From the NCBI GenBank assembly GCA_050951805.1, contig JBMNJT010000001.1, positions 15,814 through 79,813 of the forward strand: a stretch of 64,000 nt of DNA, given 5' to 3'. Positions 62,026 through 64,000 of this stretch are shown one piece after another. The DNA is from Bacillota bacterium. GTDB lineage: Bacteria; Bacillota; DTU025. The first letter of the stretch is position 1; each line of letters starts with the position of its first letter. Below the pieces are notes generated by a model, which did no database searches, had not been told where the DNA came from, and was given only the letters and a program-made list of their open reading frames with translations. The position numbers were made by a program, and so were the translations under genes.

Positions 62026-62707
62026 GCAACCACCCTTGGAATCTATCTTTAGTCGCAGTCCTTGTGCATGCTCATCACACCCCAGTCAGCTGTAATGATG
62101 ATGCAACATGTCTGCTGCAAGTTCCCTAGCTCGGCGAAGGCAGGCAATGTGGGCGAATGTGCTAGATCAATATTGCGATGTTGAAGCCAACAACATCTGT
62201 TCCATTAGGTAGTGCGTCGGTATGTTGCGCATTTCAGTCATAGCAAACAGTCCCATGTCGACCCGTCGAAGCCCTCCCACTTCTTATGGCATGGCCTGCA
62301 TGATCGGAGAAGCTCGGGGCTTCCCCCAGATAAGGCATTTCTCTAATCTATTCGTCAGAACAATCTGGAATCCCTTTGAAATCGGTCACCATTGCCTCAC
62401 AACAATGTGGGGTTGATGCACCTTTTACCAGGCCTTAGGATGCAGTGAAGCATTGTATGGGTTTGATGCCTATGGTTGGATCGTCTGGGAGCTAACCATA
62501 CCCAGAACAATTGTCAATCGCAGTTTTGGGGATGTCGGCCCAGGCGGCGGATGGCAACGCGCGTCTTCGCTCAATGCTGCGATTTGGCCTTCCTCCTTCT
62601 CACAACCATACAGACCCAGTGGTACACTATCTCGAAGGCGAGGACATCATATGCCTCTCACCCCAAATCGCTGGCAAGATCAATGCCATCATGGCAGAAC
62701 ACCGGCT

Positions 62708-64000
62708 TTATCCATCACAATCACGATAGAGCGCAACTTTGTTCCGTCCGGAGCGCTTGGCCTCATAAAGCGCGGCATCTGCATTCTTGATAAGCTGATC
62801 GACTTGCAGATCTGGCGAGCAGATTTCGCCTGCTACCCCCATGCTGACAGTAAGCTCAATCCTCTGATCATTGTAGAATATCTCAGCGCCAGCTATCTTC
62901 TTTCGCAACCTTTCCGCCAGCGCAAAGGCGGCATCCACTTCGGTGTCCGGCATTATCAACACAAACTCCTCGCCCCCGTAACGAGCCAGAATATCCTGAG
63001 CCCGTATACTCTGCTTCAGAAGCAAAGCCACTTCCTTCAGGACCATGTCTCCCGCCTCATGTCCGTAGCTATCATTAACCTGCTTGAAGTCGTCGATATC
63101 CAACATGATTGAAGAGACGGCCATGCCAGTCCCGCACCGCCTCAATACATCTTCCGCCTGGCAGTAGAGCGCCCTTCTGTTCGCAATATTAGTGAGGGCA
63201 TCACGATGAGCAAGGTCTTTTAAGTCCCTCATCACGTTCATCTCTCGAGTCATGTCGCTCATAGTCAGACACTTCACAAATGCGCCCTTTCTCCTGCCCT
63301 GCACCGTGCGGACTCTGACTCTGTACACGCGGCCGGAACCATCTTGAAGAGCCACATTGGTCTGGCCATTTGCATGGTTCGTCACAAAATCGACTACCTG
63401 AGGGTGGGAACTGAAGACGTCAGACAGGCGCTCCCCGACGTAATCGTCCGAATTGCCTGCCACAATATGCGTCAAGGAATGGTTATGGTCGATAATGCGA
63501 TTGTTTCTGTTGATGATTAGAACAGCATCATCCATACTGTCAAGTACTCTGCTCTTGGCAATGCTCACAACCTGGAAAAGTTGATTCTCATTCAAACCAA
63601 AGAGCAGGAGCACGCTCATGAACATTAAGTAAAACGGAGCCAGGTATGCATCATATGGGCTGAGCCCAAGAAGATAAACAAGGTTCCCCACTCCGGGAAC
63701 GAGAAAGCTGACGAAGTAAACCCAGTATTGGGGTTTCAGATCTACCGGTGCCTCCGCTAGGGCTCTAGCCATGATCACGATGCCCGCAGCAAAAGCTAGG
63801 TTGACGTACGTCATGAAAACCTTGTACCATATGCCAGGCACAACGTGAACTATCGTAAGCACATTCGCCTTGGTGAGTACGATGTCAATATAGTACAGAT
63901 GGTGCAAGCTGTTGGTGCATACAATCGCCAAAGTGACTGCGGAAAATGCTATCATGCTCAAGATCGTGCCCTTCTTGAGATGCCTATCCTTTCCTGCAAG
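62708..64000 (-). CDS. Membrane-bound diguanylate cyclase (7TM sensor + PAS + GGDEF); 5' end lies outside the window
   Basis: TM helices, PAS, DALT, DIDDFKQVNDSYGHEAGD, I-site RAQD and RYGGEEF. The frame stays open from 63961 to the window edge. Confidence 0.93.
   Translation of the reverse strand, partial: LAGKDRHLKKGTILSMIAFSAVTLAIVCTNSLHHLYYIDIVLTKANVLTIVHVVPGIWYKVFMTYVNLAFAAGIVIMARALAEAPVDLKPQYWVYFVSFLVPGVGNLVYLLGLSPYDAYLAPFYLMFMSVLLLFGLNENQLFQVVSIAKSRVLDSMDDAVLIINRNNRIIDHNHSLTHIVAGNSDDYVGERLSDVFSSHPQVVDFVTNHANGQTNVALQDGSGRVYRVRVRTVQGRRKGAFVKCLTMSDMTREMNVMRDLKDLAHRDALTNIANRRALYCQAEDVLRRCGTGMAVSSIMLDIDDFKQVNDSYGHEAGDMVLKEVALLLKQSIRAQDILARYGGEEFVLIMPDTEVDAAFALAERLRKKIAGAEIFYNDQRIELTVSMGVAGEICSPDLQVDQLIKNADAALYEAKRSGRNKVALYRDCDG

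Noticed and set aside
62100-62700. Short ORFs between the activator and the diguanylate cyclase (62222-62416, 62453-63112, 62511-62729)
   Set aside because: No recognisable motifs or convincing RBS, and some overlap the cyclase antisense. A decayed gene or sRNA cannot be excluded.
1-64000. CRISPR arrays, tRNA/rRNA genes, integrases, reverse transcriptase or DGR elements
   Set aside because: None were recognisable by eye. The repeats present are coding-domain repeats, with no regular spacers or adenine-specific variation pattern.

Overview
A bacterial window with strong GGAGG ribosome-binding sites and Firmicutes-like genes; the host probably has an outer membrane. 1-15 kb (minus strand) holds two sugar or amino-sugar utilisation clusters: ABC + PfkB + SIS + GntR + a truncated PfkB-type hexose kinase, and ROK repressor + ROK kinase + AgaS-like SIS + ABC + a URO-D-like enzyme. 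15.4-19.8 kb (plus) is an XRE-cupin regulator followed by potABCD. 19.8-60 kb (minus) is the main feature: four tandem two-gene cassettes. Each is a giant (1,900-3,200 aa) secreted S8 subtilase with PKD, Ig, nidogen-like and beta-propeller modules and a T9SS-type-A-like C-terminal domain, followed directly by its own PorV/PorQ(FadL)-like outer-membrane beta-barrel. In three cassettes the C-terminal domain, an intergenic stem-loop and the barrel are nearly identical while the passenger regions have diverged. The fourth pair is divergent in both partners and has a sigma-54 promoter with enhancer palindromes beside a YgeV-like activator gene. A lone DegT aminotransferase sits inside the array, and one giant gene has two +1 frameshifts. 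No core T9SS genes are in the window, so this may be a minimal or dedicated cargo-plus-barrel export or surface-display system outside Bacteroidota (inference). The window ends in a 5'-truncated membrane diguanylate cyclase. I saw no rRNA, tRNA, CRISPR array or transposase.
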